Below, one piece after another: positions 10,407 to 21,026 of a stretch of 64,000 bases of DNA. The notes under the pieces are model-generated. The model was not told where the DNA came from. It worked only from the letters and a program-made list of their open reading frames with translations, and ran no database searches. Numbering within the stretch: position 1 is the first letter of the stretch; every line of letters begins with the position of its first letter. Source of the stretch: Candidatus Nanopelagicales bacterium (GTDB lineage: Bacteria; Actinomycetota; Actinomycetes; S36-B12); contig JAGYJJ010000004.1 in NCBI GenBank assembly GCA_018402235.1, positions 329,256 to 393,255 on the forward strand, in the 5' to 3' direction. Made by a program: the position numbers and the translations under genes.

Positions 10407-10456
10407 CGCATTTTCCCTGCACTTCCTTGTCATCACTTCCTTGCTCTATCAGCGCC

Positions 10457-11803
10457 TTAAAGCCTGCGCAGAAGCGCCAGGTGCATGCCATCCGTTCCAT
10501 GGATGTGCGGCCACAACTGCACATGCGGACCGGGACCTAGTTGGGGAACCTGCGGCAGATATTCGCGAGCATCAAGAACTTCGACGTCATCTCGATGGAG
10601 CAGCACTTCCTCAACCACATCGATCGTCTCGGCAATGTTTGGTGAACACGTGACATAGGCCAAAACCCCACCGCTGCGCAGCGACGACAACCCGACGTCC
10701 AACAGACGTCGCTGCAAAGATGCGAGCCCGGCAACATCCGAAGATTGACGCCGCCAGCGTGCTTCCGGCCGGCGACGCAGCGCACCCAGCCCCGTACACG
10801 GTGCATCCACCAGAATCCGATCAAAGAAGCGACTTCCCCACGGTCGGGTAGTCGCATCAGCAGGCATCACTTCCGCCGGCGAATCCGCGCCGATCAACTG
10901 TCGGACCAACTCAGCCCGGTGTTCATGCAACTCCACGGCCGTGAAGGACACCCGAGCTTCCAAAGCAGCGTCTGCGAGCAGGGCGGCTTTGCCCCCGGGA
11001 CCAGCGCACATATCCAGCCAGGCCGATTCCGGTGGTGCAACGGGCACAGCGAGAAGCGCCTGGACAACCAACTGGCTGCCTTCGTCCTGCACGATCGCCC
11101 AGCCCTCGCGCACTGCGGGAATCTGGCCGGGCATTCCCGACTCGACGAGCGCGGCGCTGGGTGACCACCGCCCGGGACTCACATCGGGTACGGCATCGCG
11201 ATGTCCGCGGCGCACTGCAAGGGCCGGCCGAGTTGGCGTGTTGTTGGCCAACAACGCCTCACGAACCTGCCCGTCGGTGAGCCTGGCTCCATAGTGAACG
11301 TCGAGCGCCTCGCGGATGGCCGAGACGATCCACTCTGGATGCGACGTGACGGCAGCTATTGCAGCGTCGCCGGAGCGCGATTCCATCACCGCTGCTTGCC
11401 ATTCCTCTGCGCTCCGCCGACCTACCGCGCGAAGGACACCGTTCACGAAACCTATGCGGCCTTGATCGTCGTATCCCAATGATCGAGCAAGTTCGCAGGA
11501 TGAGTCCACAGCCGCATGATCAGGGACCCGCATGGACAACAATTGATGGATACCCAACCGGATGACGTTGGCGAGTGCATCGTCCACGTCCTGCCATGGT
11601 CTCGACGAGCATTCAGTAGCGACGGCATCGTAAAAACCCTGCCAACGCAGGGTTCCATAGGCGAGATCTGTGGCGAAGGCTGCGTCTCTGCCCGTTAAAT
11701 CGTGACGCGTCAAGATGCCCGACCACACGATGTTGGCGTAGGCATCATCGCTTCGCACCGCGGCGAGTAACTCATACGCTGCCTGCCGGGCTTGGTCGAT
11801 CAC
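10457..11803 (-). CDS. rsmB: 16S rRNA (cytosine-C5)-methyltransferase RsmB/Fmu
   Basis: NusB-like N-terminus (VIDQARQAAYELLAAVRSDDAYANI) plus SAM methyltransferase motifs (ILVDAPCTGLGALRRRPEARWR, YVTCSP). Start set at the GTG that overlaps the fmt stop (GTGA). The longest ORF (to 12064) overlaps fmt. Confidence 0.87.
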   Translation of the reverse strand: MIDQARQAAYELLAAVRSDDAYANIVWSGILTRHDLTGRDAAFATDLAYGTLRWQGFYDAVATECSSRPWQDVDDALANVIRLGIHQLLSMRVPDHAAVDSSCELARSLGYDDQGRIGFVNGVLRAVGRRSAEEWQAAVMESRSGDAAIAAVTSHPEWIVSAIREALDVHYGARLTDGQVREALLANNTPTRPALAVRRGHRDAVPDVSPGRWSPSAALVESGMPGQIPAVREGWAIVQDEGSQLVVQALLAVPVAPPESAWLDMCAGPGGKAALLADAALEARVSFTAVELHEHRAELVRQLIGADSPAEVMPADATTRPWGSRFFDRILVDAPCTGLGALRRRPEARWRRQSSDVAGLASLQRRLLDVGLSSLRSGGVLAYVTCSPNIAETIDVVEEVLLHRDDVEVLDAREYLPQVPQLGPGPHVQLWPHIHGTDGMHLALLRRL

Positions 11804-12741
11804 GCTTCGAACCGCTCGGGAACCGCATCGCGGAAACCGCGAGCCCAATCCGGGGCAGACATCCCTTTCTTGCCCATGGGGTGGACCTCTCCGAGTTCCA
11901 GATAGCCACCCTGAGCGCCCACGAGCACACGGTTCTTCTCCGCGACGATGACCGCCGGAACGGCTGCGGGGTCGTGGATCACGCCTCTCGCTGATCCAAG
12001 TCGCATCCGAGTGCCGTGAACCATCGACCAGGCTCCTGGCGTGGGGGTACAAGCACGAATCCACCGGTCCACGACGTCGACCGACTGGGTCCAGTCAATG
12101 CGAGCATCGTCCGGTGTGATGCGCGGGGCGTAGGTGACGTCGTTCGTCGATTGCCGAACCACATTCGCGGTACCGTCTTTCAGCGCAGCCAGCGTCTCGA
12201 GCACCAGGCTGCCCGCCACGATAGACAAGCGCGCGAGCAGCTGCCCAGCATCTTCCCGATCCTCGATCGAGATCGGCGCCGACTGACCGAGAATCGGCCC
12301 GGTATCCAGCCCTTCCTCAATCCGAAAAGTGGTGACGGCAATGGTGGGATCGCCCCGAGCGATCGCGTATTGGACCGGGGACGCCCCACGCCAGCGCGGC
12401 AATGCTGAGAAATGAGCGTTGATCCAACCCAGCCGCGGAAGATCCAACAAAAGTCGCGGAATTAATAGACCGTATGCAACTACCACGACCACATCCGGAT
12501 GCCAGGTCTCAAGAGCTTCCCGGGCACGAGGCTCCGAGAGCGAGGCGGGTTGCAATCGTGGGAGGCCAAGATCTTCAGCAGCTCGCGCGACGGCGCTCGG
12601 CTGCATCCGCCTGCCCCGGCCGGTAGGAGCATCAGGACGCGTAAGGACGCCAACCACCTCGTGGTCGGCGGAAACGAGAGCACGCAACGTTGGTACCGCC
12701 ACCTCCGGGGTGCCAGCGAAAACGACGCGTAGTGAACTCAC
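11800..12741 (-). CDS. fmt: methionyl-tRNA formyltransferase
   Basis: VSSLRVVFAGTPEVAVPTLRAL...INAHFSALPRWRGASPVQYAI. Start is a GTG overlapping the def stop (ATGTGA). Confidence 0.92.
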   Translation of the reverse strand: MSSLRVVFAGTPEVAVPTLRALVSADHEVVGVLTRPDAPTGRGRRMQPSAVARAAEDLGLPRLQPASLSEPRAREALETWHPDVVVVVAYGLLIPRLLLDLPRLGWINAHFSALPRWRGASPVQYAIARGDPTIAVTTFRIEEGLDTGPILGQSAPISIEDREDAGQLLARLSIVAGSLVLETLAALKDGTANVVRQSTNDVTYAPRITPDDARIDWTQSVDVVDRWIRACTPTPGAWSMVHGTRMRLGSARGVIHDPAAVPAVIVAEKNRVLVGAQGGYLELGEVHPMGKKGMSAPDWARGFRDAVPERFEA

Positions 12742-13283
12742 ATCCACCGTGACGACTGAGTATGCGGGCTGACTTTGACAGCCACCGGGTCCAATCCGAA
12801 CCAATCAGATTCTCGGATGGCTTTCATGGCCTCCTTGCGTGTCTCAGGGTCGAGCCGATCGATGAACAAGACACCATCAAGGTGATCGGTCTCATGTTGC
12901 ACGCAGCGCGCCAGCAGATCGCTGCCTTGCAAGGTGACAGGTTCGCCATACATAGTCATGCCCTTTGCAACCACCTGCTGGGCGCGCTTGCACTCGAACG
13001 CCAGCCCGGGCACCGACAGGCAACCTTCTTCGCCTTCTTGCTGTTCATCCGACAGGTCAAGGACAGGATTAACCAGGTGGCCGAGTTCATCGTCGACCCA
13101 ATAGGTGAATACGCGCAGCGATACACCCAATTGCGGAGCAGCCAACCCCACGCCGGGAGCATCCCTCATCGTGTCCGTTAGATCCTGGACGAGTTTGCGC
13201 AGTTCCTTATCGAAATCAACAACCTCGGCGGCCGGAGAACGCAGCACAGGGTCACCAAACAGTCTGATGGGAATGACACTCAC
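12738..13283 (-). CDS. def: peptide deformylase
   Basis: Motifs GVGLAAPQLG, EGCLSVPG and HETDHLDG are present. Start at GTG 13283 (VSVIPIRLFGDPVL) or 13304. Confidence 0.93.
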   Translation of the reverse strand: MSVIPIRLFGDPVLRSPAAEVVDFDKELRKLVQDLTDTMRDAPGVGLAAPQLGVSLRVFTYWVDDELGHLVNPVLDLSDEQQEGEEGCLSVPGLAFECKRAQQVVAKGMTMYGEPVTLQGSDLLARCVQHETDHLDGVLFIDRLDPETRKEAMKAIRESDWFGLDPVAVKVSPHTQSSRWM

Positions 13284-13347
13284 ACCCTCAAGTCTAGGAC
13301 GCACCGGATCCTGCCAAGAAGCACGCGCTGAGCGACGTCGCCGTCAG

Positions 13348-15276
13348 CTACATGTCACGAGGATCCATACGAACGCGTACTTCACGCACGGATGTCTCGG
13401 CCATGGAAGCGGTACGCAGCGCCGACGCGAGTTGGTGGGTCAGTACCGACGCTCGAGCCCGCGGTACCAGCAGATAACTGCGGGACGAACCAGCGATATC
13501 TACCGGACCCAAGGTGCGATGGTCCACCGAGATAGAGCGCTCGAGTAATGCAACGGCACTCGACGGACCGGTTAGTTCTGCCACGCGTGATGCAGGTGGC
13601 AGTCCGATCGACAGCCGCTGCTCGAGTTCCCGCTGGGCGTACCAACGCGAGTCCCAGCGGGTGAGGGCTTGCACTTCGGGTATCGCAGGGTCCGCGACCA
13701 CGCATACCTGCGCTCCATCGTGGATGAGCCGAACCGCATTGAACCACCGTCGAACCAATTGCTCGCCGCCGATCAAGGTCGGTGCGGCGACTTTGGCGTC
13801 CAAAATCACAACACCCTGGTAGCCGCCCTCAGCCCACGGCTCCGCACCCGGCGTAGCCACAACCAATGCAGGTGTGTTCGGGACTTCCCGCACGATGCGA
13901 TCGGCCTCGGACCACACCACGGGGACGCCGGGAAATGCGCGACCGAGTTCCTCCGCCGTTCTTCCTGCTCCCACACTCATGGCCCGAACGTGCTGTGATC
14001 CACAAGAGGGGCATTGCCAAGATCCAGCGAGCGCGCCGCACCGAGCGCACCGCGGAATCGCATGCCCGGAGGTGATCTCGAGAGGACCGCGACATTCCTG
14101 ATCGACGCAGGTTGCAGGAAGCCGGCACTCTCGGCAGGCCAGACCGGGCAGATAACCACGACGCATGACCTGCACGAGTACCGGACCGCGGGTCAGTCCT
14201 TCCCGGGCCACTTCCCACGCCACCGTGGGAATTCGAGCCGATGACGCTGCCGGATCCCGAGCAACCTCACGATCGTCGATCGCTCGCACGTTCCATGTAC
14301 TTGGTCGCTTCGGATCAACCGACTGCGCCCACCCGGACTCGCACCACCACTGGGTAGCGACGGATCGAGCGGGGGCGCCAACGAATAGGTCGCAATCGCT
14401 GAGATGGGAACGCAAAGCGGCAACTTCGCGGACATCCCAGTAGGGAGCGTGTGGCTCGCGATAGACGTCGTCGCCGTCGTCCCACACGATAATGGCGCCT
14501 AGATCAGGGCTGGGTGCGAAAACGGCCCCCCGGGTTCCCAGCACCACTCCGGCACGCCCAGTTCGAGCACGCAGGAATTCGCGATACCGACGCTCAGGAC
14601 CAAGGTCGGCACTCAGTTCGGCGATATCGAAATTCGGTAAGGCATCTAGCAAAGTCGCGCGCACCCGCGTGACATCTGCAGCATCGGGGACCACCACAAC
14701 CACTCCACGCCCTCGACGCCGGTAATCCAAGGCGAGATCGGTAATCTCCCGCGCCATGTCGGTACCGGGAGCCGATGACCACACGATGCGCCGTGGTTCG
14801 GTCAGCGAGGTTGGCCAGGAGTAGTCGCGCCAGACATCGGCCTTCGCCGCAGGAACGTCAGCTGGATCGAGCGCAAGCTCAGGCGATTCCAGGACAGCTC
14901 GCTCAGCTCGGGCATGGCGTCCGGGAACCGCCGCTCGAACAACGTCCCAGAACGTGCCAACGAATCGATCCGCGGTCTTCTCCACCAACGCCAAGGTCTC
15001 ATCGGTCAAGGGTGCGATCGCGTCGACTACTCGCTCGATCGGTCGAGGACGATCGACATCGGCATGCGCAGGTCGGCCGATGACGTAGGCATCGCGTAGT
15101 CGGCCGGAGAAGCGAACTCGCACCCGGGCACCCGGAACGGCCTGCTCGTGCCACTTTTCGGGGACGAGGTAGTCGAAGTCCCGATCCAAATGCATGACCG
15201 ATAGGTCCACGCGTACCCGGGCGATCGGACCCCATGAGCCCACGACGGGCTCACTCGTTACCCCTTGTTCAGACAC
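13348..15276 (-). CDS. priA: primosomal protein N' (PriA helicase)
   Basis: Cys-rich zinc region [28 protein letters not shown] with a helicase core. Start set at GTG 15276, overlapping the metK end by 8 nt. Confidence 0.88.
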   Translation of the reverse strand: MSEQGVTSEPVVGSWGPIARVRVDLSVMHLDRDFDYLVPEKWHEQAVPGARVRVRFSGRLRDAYVIGRPAHADVDRPRPIERVVDAIAPLTDETLALVEKTADRFVGTFWDVVRAAVPGRHARAERAVLESPELALDPADVPAAKADVWRDYSWPTSLTEPRRIVWSSAPGTDMAREITDLALDYRRRGRGVVVVVPDAADVTRVRATLLDALPNFDIAELSADLGPERRYREFLRARTGRAGVVLGTRGAVFAPSPDLGAIIVWDDGDDVYREPHAPYWDVREVAALRSHLSDCDLFVGAPARSVATQWWCESGWAQSVDPKRPSTWNVRAIDDREVARDPAASSARIPTVAWEVAREGLTRGPVLVQVMRRGYLPGLACRECRLPATCVDQECRGPLEITSGHAIPRCARCGALAGSWQCPSCGSQHVRAMSVGAGRTAEELGRAFPGVPVVWSEADRIVREVPNTPALVVATPGAEPWAEGGYQGVVILDAKVAAPTLIGGEQLVRRWFNAVRLIHDGAQVCVVADPAIPEVQALTRWDSRWYAQRELEQRLSIGLPPASRVAELTGPSSAVALLERSISVDHRTLGPVDIAGSSRSYLLVPRARASVLTHQLASALRTASMAETSVREVRVRMDPRDM

Positions 15277-16519
15277 CCGCGGCGGCGCGCAGTGCATCCG
15301 CACGCTCAGTGCTCTCCCACGTGAAAGTGGGACCGACCTGCGTGCGTTGCGACTCATCCTCTGAATCCAGCAGTTCGTTCACGCCCTGTGGACGACCGAA
15401 GTGGCCATAGGCACTCGTGATCCGATAGATGGGCCGCAGTAGATCCAGATCTCGAATGATCGCCGCGGGTCTGAGGTCGAATACCTCCAGCACCGCCCGC
15501 TGGATCTCTTCGTCGCTCACAACACCGGTGCCGAACGTTTCGACGAACACGCCGACTGGATGCGAGACTCCAATTGCATAGGCAACCTGCACCTCGCAAC
15601 GGGTCGCCAGGCCTGCAGCAACAACGTTTTTCGCAACCCAGCGCATTGCGTAGGTAGCTGAGCGGTCCACCTTCGACGGATCCTTACCCGAAAAAGCGCC
15701 ACCACCATGCCTAGCCATACCGCCATAGGTATCGACGATGATCTTTCGACCCGTCAAACCAGCATCGCCCATGGGACCGCCCACTTCGAAACGCCCGGTG
15801 GGGTTCACCAGGAGCCGGTAATCGCGTGAGTCGATATCAAACGTGGCGAGGATCGGATCAACGACGTGCTTGCGGACATCCGGGTTCAAGGTGCCGTCGA
15901 GGCTGATGTCCGAAGCATGCTGGCTGCTGACCACGATTGTGTCGACGCCGAGAGGCTTGTCGTCTTCGTCGTATCGGATCGTGACCTGGGTTTTGCCGTC
16001 CGGACGCAGGTACTCGAGGGTTCCGTCCTTGCGCACCGCGGTCAATCGCTCGGCCAAACGGTGCGCCATGGAAATGGGAAGCGGCATGAGTTCGGGGGTA
16101 TCTGTGCAGGCATAGCCGAACATCAGCCCCTGATCGCCGGCACCTTGGCGATCCAGAGGGTCGGTGCTGCCATCCGCCCGCTCCTCGTAGGCATCGTCCA
16201 CTCCCTGGGCGATATCGGGAGACTGCTTACCGATGGACACGCTGATTCCGCAGGACTCGCCATCAAAACCCTTGTCAGAAGAGTCGTAGCCGATTCCGAT
16301 GACCGCTTGACGCACCAAATTCATCACATCGGCGAAACCCTCGGTGGTGACCTCGCCTGCTACGTGAACCTGACCAGTAGTGAGCATCGTCTCAACCGCG
16401 ACTCGGCTGGTGGGGTCCTGTCGGAGTAAGTCATCCAAAATCGAATCGCTGATTTGGTCGGCCATCTTGTCTGGATGGCCTTCTGTTACCGATTCGGATG
16501 TGAACAAACGGTTCGCCAC
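15269..16519 (-). CDS. metK: S-adenosylmethionine synthase
   Basis: 416 aa, [21 protein letters not shown]...[12 protein letters not shown]...[19 protein letters not shown] start preceded by AGGGGAG. Confidence 0.97.
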   Translation of the reverse strand: MANRLFTSESVTEGHPDKMADQISDSILDDLLRQDPTSRVAVETMLTTGQVHVAGEVTTEGFADVMNLVRQAVIGIGYDSSDKGFDGESCGISVSIGKQSPDIAQGVDDAYEERADGSTDPLDRQGAGDQGLMFGYACTDTPELMPLPISMAHRLAERLTAVRKDGTLEYLRPDGKTQVTIRYDEDDKPLGVDTIVVSSQHASDISLDGTLNPDVRKHVVDPILATFDIDSRDYRLLVNPTGRFEVGGPMGDAGLTGRKIIVDTYGGMARHGGGAFSGKDPSKVDRSATYAMRWVAKNVVAAGLATRCEVQVAYAIGVSHPVGVFVETFGTGVVSDEEIQRAVLEVFDLRPAAIIRDLDLLRPIYRITSAYGHFGRPQGVNELLDSEDESQRTQVGPTFTWESTERADALRAAAGV

Positions 16520-16546
16520 GAAACTCCCCTAGTCAACTCGACGATT

Positions 16547-16564
16547 GGGAGATCGCCCTCTCCC
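16547..16564 (-). terminator. stem-loop between coaBC stop and metK start (possible terminator or metK 5' UTR structure)
   Basis: GGGAGA-n6-TCTCCC gives a perfect 6-bp stem, 18 nt after the coaBC stop. No U-tract follows, so the function is uncertain. Confidence 0.3.
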
Positions 16565-16581
16565 AGCGCGGACGCATAAGT

Positions 16582-17853
16582 CTAGCGACGCGCGGCGATA
16601 AGTCTGCTCAGCGTGTCCCATAAAGCGTGAGCCGCTTGCGCCTTACTGGCATTCGCCACTTCCGTCACAACCCCGTCTGCACCAACGATGAGCACGTTAG
16701 TGGCGTCCTGCCCGAAGACGGCACCACCGGTAATGGCGTTGGCGACCACCAGGTCGCAGCCTTTGCGCTGCAATTTGGCCATCGCACGATCGCCGAGAGC
16801 CTCACCCTCGCCCGGTGCTTCGGCTGCGAAGCCGACGATGACCGGACCCGGTGCCGAGCCTCGCTTCGAGACCAGTTCAACAAGAACATCCGTAGTGCGT
16901 TCCAAAAGCACCTCCGGAACCGCTGTGGGGTCCTCTCCCAGCGATTCCTTCGTGATCTTCCCGGTAGCCCCTCGCGCCGGCCGAAAGTCAGCCACGGCCG
17001 CCGCCATGATCACCACATGCGGATCAATGTCAGCCACTGCAGCGTGCATGGCTTGGCGCATGTCCTCGGCAGTGGCCGCTTCGATCACCGCGCACCCTGC
17101 AGGGACAGGTTCGTCCACATGGCCTACCACCACGGTGACCTCGGCGCCGCGAGTGAGCGCAGATCGCACGATCGCGAATCCTTGCTTCCCACTACTGCGG
17201 TTGCCTAGGAAGCGAACGTCGTCCCAGGGTTCACGTGTGCCTCCGACGCTCACCACGGCGCGCACTCCCGTGAGATCGGCTCCCGTGAGATCGGCTCCCG
17301 TGAGATCGGCGGTCCGTCGGACCTGATCTCGCAGCACATCAAGTGCCAACTCAACGAGCCTCGCGGGGTCCGGGAGTCTGCCGGGCCCGGTATCAGTACC
17401 CGTGAGTCGACCGACTGACGGCTCCACAACGATCACTCCCCGCGCGCGCAAAGTCGCAACATTCGCCGACGTTGCGGGGTGTTGCCACATCTCGGTGTGC
17501 ATGGCTGGCGCAACGATCACCGGACATCGAGCGGTCAGGAGCACGTTGGTTAGCAGGTCACTTGCCATGCCATGCGCAGCTCGAGCGAGGAAGTCGGCCG
17601 TTGCCGGGGCGATGAGTACGAGGTCCGCACCCTGACCGAGAGCCACATGGGGGACCTGATGGGCGTCAGTCCACACGTCTGTTGCCACAGGCTTACCGGA
17701 AAGGGCGCTCCAGGTTGGCTCGCCCACGAAACGCAGGGCCGATTGTGTCGGGACAACTGTGACGTCTATCCCCGATTCACGCAGCAGCCGGAGTAACTCA
17801 ACCGCCTTGTAGGCAGCGATACCACCGGTCACGCCGAGGACCACAGAGGTCAT
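16582..17853 (-). CDS. coaBC: bifunctional phosphopantothenoylcysteine decarboxylase / phosphopantothenate-cysteine ligase
   Basis: 423 aa. N-terminal flavoprotein domain (VVLGVTGGIAAYKAVELLR..PAMHTEMW) and C-terminal CoaB domain (FLGNRSSGKQG..MAAAVADFRP). Confidence 0.95.
   Translation of the reverse strand: MTSVVLGVTGGIAAYKAVELLRLLRESGIDVTVVPTQSALRFVGEPTWSALSGKPVATDVWTDAHQVPHVALGQGADLVLIAPATADFLARAAHGMASDLLTNVLLTARCPVIVAPAMHTEMWQHPATSANVATLRARGVIVVEPSVGRLTGTDTGPGRLPDPARLVELALDVLRDQVRRTADLTGADLTGADLTGVRAVVSVGGTREPWDDVRFLGNRSSGKQGFAIVRSALTRGAEVTVVVGHVDEPVPAGCAVIEAATAEDMRQAMHAAVADIDPHVVIMAAAVADFRPARGATGKITKESLGEDPTAVPEVLLERTTDVLVELVSKRGSAPGPVIVGFAAEAPGEGEALGDRAMAKLQRKGCDLVVANAITGGAVFGQDATNVLIVGADGVVTEVANASKAQAAHALWDTLSRLIAARR
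17266..17310. repeat. perfect 15-bp x3 in-frame tandem repeat inside coaBC
   Basis: tcccgtgagatcggc occurs three times without mismatch. It encodes (A)DLTG x3 in the linker between the CoaC and CoaB domains. Confidence 0.95.
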
Positions 17854-17867
17854 CGCGACTTGACTTC

Positions 17868-18236
17868 TTACTCGGTTTCCTCGCCGGTCGCAGACTCCTC
17901 GACCACCGCAAGTTCAGGTCCTGCGGCGAACGGATCCGCCGGACTCGCGGGTGCGGCTGCGGCGGCTTCTGCTTCGGCTTGGGCCGGATCGAATGGCTCT
18001 GCAGTGAGAAGACCTGCGTCGATCTCGCGGAGCGCGATGGACAGCGGCTTTTCTTGGACGTAGGTCTCTACGAGGGGTCCGACGTACTCAAGAAGGCCTT
18101 CTCCGAGCTGGGAGTAGTAAGCGTTGATCTGCCGTGCCCGCTTGGCTGCATAACTGACCAGGGAGTACTTGGAGTCGGTCTTATTCAAGAGATCATCGAT
18201 GGAGGGGTAGGTGATGCCCTCGGGTTGGGAAGTCAC
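17868..18236 (-). CDS. rpoZ: DNA-directed RNA polymerase subunit omega
   Basis: [50 protein letters not shown]...[11 protein letters not shown]. Start at GTG 18236 or ATG 18281. Confidence 0.9.
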   Translation of the reverse strand: MTSQPEGITYPSIDDLLNKTDSKYSLVSYAAKRARQINAYYSQLGEGLLEYVGPLVETYVQEKPLSIALREIDAGLLTAEPFDPAQAEAEAAAAAPASPADPFAAGPELAVVEESATGEETE

Positions 18237-18321
18237 AGATCGCGCCTCATTCGTCTCTTTGATTCGTCTTTGGCGAATCATCGTTTCGATTCGCCTCAGC
18301 GAGTCGGCTCGTGCGGGTGGG

Positions 18322-18888
18322 TCAAGATGCCCTAGACAAGCCCGCGGAGTCTATCAAGGCACGTACACAGTCCTGTACGTCGGCATTGATGATGATGTGG
18401 TCGAACTCCTGAGCCGCAGCCATTTCAGATTGAGCGGCCTGCAGTCGAGCGGATCTCGCGGCACGATCCTCGGTGCCTCGGTCCACCAGTCGAGATTCCA
18501 ATTCCTCGAAAGTGGGGGGTGCTATGAAGATCAAGGTCGCATCCGGGACCGCCTGGCGAACCTGCCGGGCACCTTGAACCTCAATCTCCAGCAGTACCGG
18601 CTGCCCACGATCACGATGCTCATTTACCGCCGAGCGGGGAGTCCCGTACCTATTACCCGCGAATTGCGCCCACTCCAATAGTCCCTGCGTCGCGATTAAC
18701 TGATCGAACTCACGATCACTCGCGAAGAAGTACTCGACACCATTCGTCTCACCAGGGCGCGGATCGCGCGTAGTAACAGAAACCGATAACCAAACGTCGG
18801 GTCGCCGGCGCAGAACCTCCGCCACCACGGTGCTCTTGCCAACTCCCGAAGGGCCGCTGACGACGATCAGCGGTGCTTTGCTTCCCAT
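18322..18888 (-). CDS. gmk: guanylate kinase
   Basis: [25 protein letters not shown] (P-loop) ...[17 protein letters not shown]. The ATG shares one nt with the mihF stop (TGATG). The longest ORF (to 19026) overlaps mihF. Confidence 0.92.
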   Translation of the reverse strand: MGSKAPLIVVSGPSGVGKSTVVAEVLRRRPDVWLSVSVTTRDPRPGETNGVEYFFASDREFDQLIATQGLLEWAQFAGNRYGTPRSAVNEHRDRGQPVLLEIEVQGARQVRQAVPDATLIFIAPPTFEELESRLVDRGTEDRAARSARLQAAQSEMAAAQEFDHIIINADVQDCVRALIDSAGLSRAS

Positions 18889-19235
18889 CAACTGTCCTCC
18901 CTCGAAGCGAGAAGCATCATGGGATCGTCTCCCACCAGTTCGACCAAAGCCTCTTGCTGTCGGGGCGTCAGTCCCCCGACCCGTTTCGTGGGCGCAATGC
19001 CCACCGAATCCATGATCGTGGAACAACGAACCGGTCCTACCCTCGGCAAAGAACGCAGAAGATCGCGCACACGCATCCGCTTATGGGCTGGATCGTTGGA
19101 GGACAGGACCTGCATGATTGAGGTCCGTCCAGTGCCCACGGCTTCACGAAGAGCCGACCGCGCACGGCGAGCACGAAGAGCTGCGCGGCGTGCTTGCTCG
19201 AGCTGCTCGCCGGTGAGGATGGGCGGACTCGTCAC
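18888..19235 (-). CDS. mihF: integration host factor, actinobacterial type (mIHF)
   Basis: [35 protein letters not shown]...[44 protein letters not shown] is typical mIHF. The GTG overlaps the pyrF stop (GTGA). Confidence 0.87.
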   Translation of the reverse strand: MTSPPILTGEQLEQARRAALRARRARSALREAVGTGRTSIMQVLSSNDPAHKRMRVRDLLRSLPRVGPVRCSTIMDSVGIAPTKRVGGLTPRQQEALVELVGDDPMMLLASREDS

Positions 19236-19981
19236 CTGCCACACTCCTGAGCTATTCCTCGCGCCGCGGCGCGCAGATCCTGCTGCTGCGTGATGGGACG
19301 TCCCACTACCAAGAGATCGGCACCGTCGTGGAGTGCCTGCCTGGGGCTAGCTGAGCGTCGTTGATCATGGGCATCCGCGCCGCTTGGCCGAACACCGGGA
19401 GTAATGAGCTTTACGTCGTTGGGCAATGCACCGCGCAGCGAAGCAACTTCTTTGGGCGAGCACACGATGGCACCAGCGCCGGAGTCCACGGCCATCCGTG
19501 CCCACCGCTCCACAATCTCCTGCGGATCTCCCTGGATACCTAGTTCAACGACGTTCTGCGCATCCAAACTCGTCAAGACGGTCACCGCCGCAATTCGCGT
19601 TGCCGGCAAGGCAGTAGCAGCCGCCTCGATCATCGCCGGGCCCCCGGCGGCATGCACGGTGAGATAGGTCGGCTCAAGCGGCGCAACCGCGCGGGCGGCT
19701 CCTCGCACAGTGGCTGGGATGTCGTGCAACTTCAGGTCCAAGAAGATGTCGATATCGGGGTTCCCTGCCTCCGTCGCTCCCAGGCGCGCCTGGACCACGC
19801 TCACGTGGCCATCACGGCAGAACGCCTCGAGTCCGACCTTCAGACACGAAACCACCGGTGCCACGGCACTTGACCAAGTGCGAAGGGAATCCAGATCCGG
19901 GGCGTCTAGGGCAACGGCGATGGGTGCCTTCTCCGATCCGGACTCGGGGGTGGGTGACGTCACTGCACGCGATCCAATCAC
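19232..19981 (-). CDS. pyrF: orotidine 5'-phosphate decarboxylase
   Basis: PIAVALDAPDL...CLKVGLEAF...FLDLKLHDIPATV. The GTG overlaps the pyrD stop (GTGA). Confidence 0.9.
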   Translation of the reverse strand: MIGSRAVTSPTPESGSEKAPIAVALDAPDLDSLRTWSSAVAPVVSCLKVGLEAFCRDGHVSVVQARLGATEAGNPDIDIFLDLKLHDIPATVRGAARAVAPLEPTYLTVHAAGGPAMIEAAATALPATRIAAVTVLTSLDAQNVVELGIQGDPQEIVERWARMAVDSGAGAIVCSPKEVASLRGALPNDVKLITPGVRPSGADAHDQRRSASPRQALHDGADLLVVGRPITQQQDLRAAARGIAQECGR

Positions 19982-20961
19982 TCGGAGATGAAGTCCCAAT
20001 CCTCGAACCCACTGCCTGGCTCGAGCGGCGAAACTCCCAGATCAACCTCGGGCCGGTGGGCATAGCTGATGACTTCACCAAGTTGAGCGATCCCTCGATC
20101 GCTCAACAGACCTGCCAACTCATGATGGATTCTTGCCGGGGCACCGGGATCGTTGAAAACCGCCGTGCCGACCGACACTGCATTCGCTCCGGCAAGGAGA
20201 AATTCCAAAGCATCATGACCGCTGCGGATTCCACCCATGCCGATGATCGGGATATTTGGGAAAGCTTGGCGCACCTGCCATACGCAGCGCACTGCTACCG
20301 GGCGGACGGCGGGCCCTGATAGTCCACCGGTAACGCCCGCCAACGCTGGGCGCATGGTTCGGGTATCAATCACCATGCCCAGCAGCGTGTTAATTAGGGA
20401 CACACCCGTCGCGCCGGCGCGAATCACCGAATCTGCAATCTCGACAATGTCTGTGACGTCGGGGGACAACTTGGCGAAGATCGGCATTCGTGAGTCGCTG
20501 CCGCGGCGCACCGCTTGTATTACTTGAGCGGCCGACTCGCTACGGCAGGCGAAAACCTGCCCACGATCGGCAACATTGGGACAAGAGATATTGACTTCCA
20601 GGGCTTCGAAGCCACCGATATTGCGAAGTTTCGCCGCCAAGCGGGCGTACTCATCGACCGTTTCGCCGGCGATGGACACGATCGTTCGCGCCCCACGCTG
20701 TGCAAGCCAAGCCAGATCGTTCTCAATGAACGAATCGATCCCGGGGCCCTGAAGACCAATGGAATTCAACATGCCGCTCGGCGTCTCGGACATGCGCGGA
20801 GTAGCCCGCCCGGAACGCGGCTTGAGCATGATGCTCTTCGTTACCACAGCACCTAGTTGGGTGATGTCCATGAAGGCATCCAGTTCTCGGCCTGCGGCTG
20901 CGCACCCCGACGCGGTCAGGACAGCGCTGGGCAGAACGACGCCAGCAAGATCGGTACTCAT
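19978..20961 (-). CDS. pyrD: dihydroorotate dehydrogenase, class 1B catalytic subunit
   Basis: MSTDLAGVVLPSAVLTASGCAAAG...NSIGLQGPGID...LEVNISCPN...GGLSGPAVRP. Paired with pyrK. Start at ATG 20961; the longest ORF runs to 21093. Confidence 0.9.
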   Translation of the reverse strand: MSTDLAGVVLPSAVLTASGCAAAGRELDAFMDITQLGAVVTKSIMLKPRSGRATPRMSETPSGMLNSIGLQGPGIDSFIENDLAWLAQRGARTIVSIAGETVDEYARLAAKLRNIGGFEALEVNISCPNVADRGQVFACRSESAAQVIQAVRRGSDSRMPIFAKLSPDVTDIVEIADSVIRAGATGVSLINTLLGMVIDTRTMRPALAGVTGGLSGPAVRPVAVRCVWQVRQAFPNIPIIGMGGIRSGHDALEFLLAGANAVSVGTAVFNDPGAPARIHHELAGLLSDRGIAQLGEVISYAHRPEVDLGVSPLEPGSGFEDWDFISE

Positions 20962-21026
20962 ATCGACACCAGCGCCCTGCTGGTCGCGATCACGTCGATC
21001 GCCTCCCGATGAAATCAATGCCCGAC

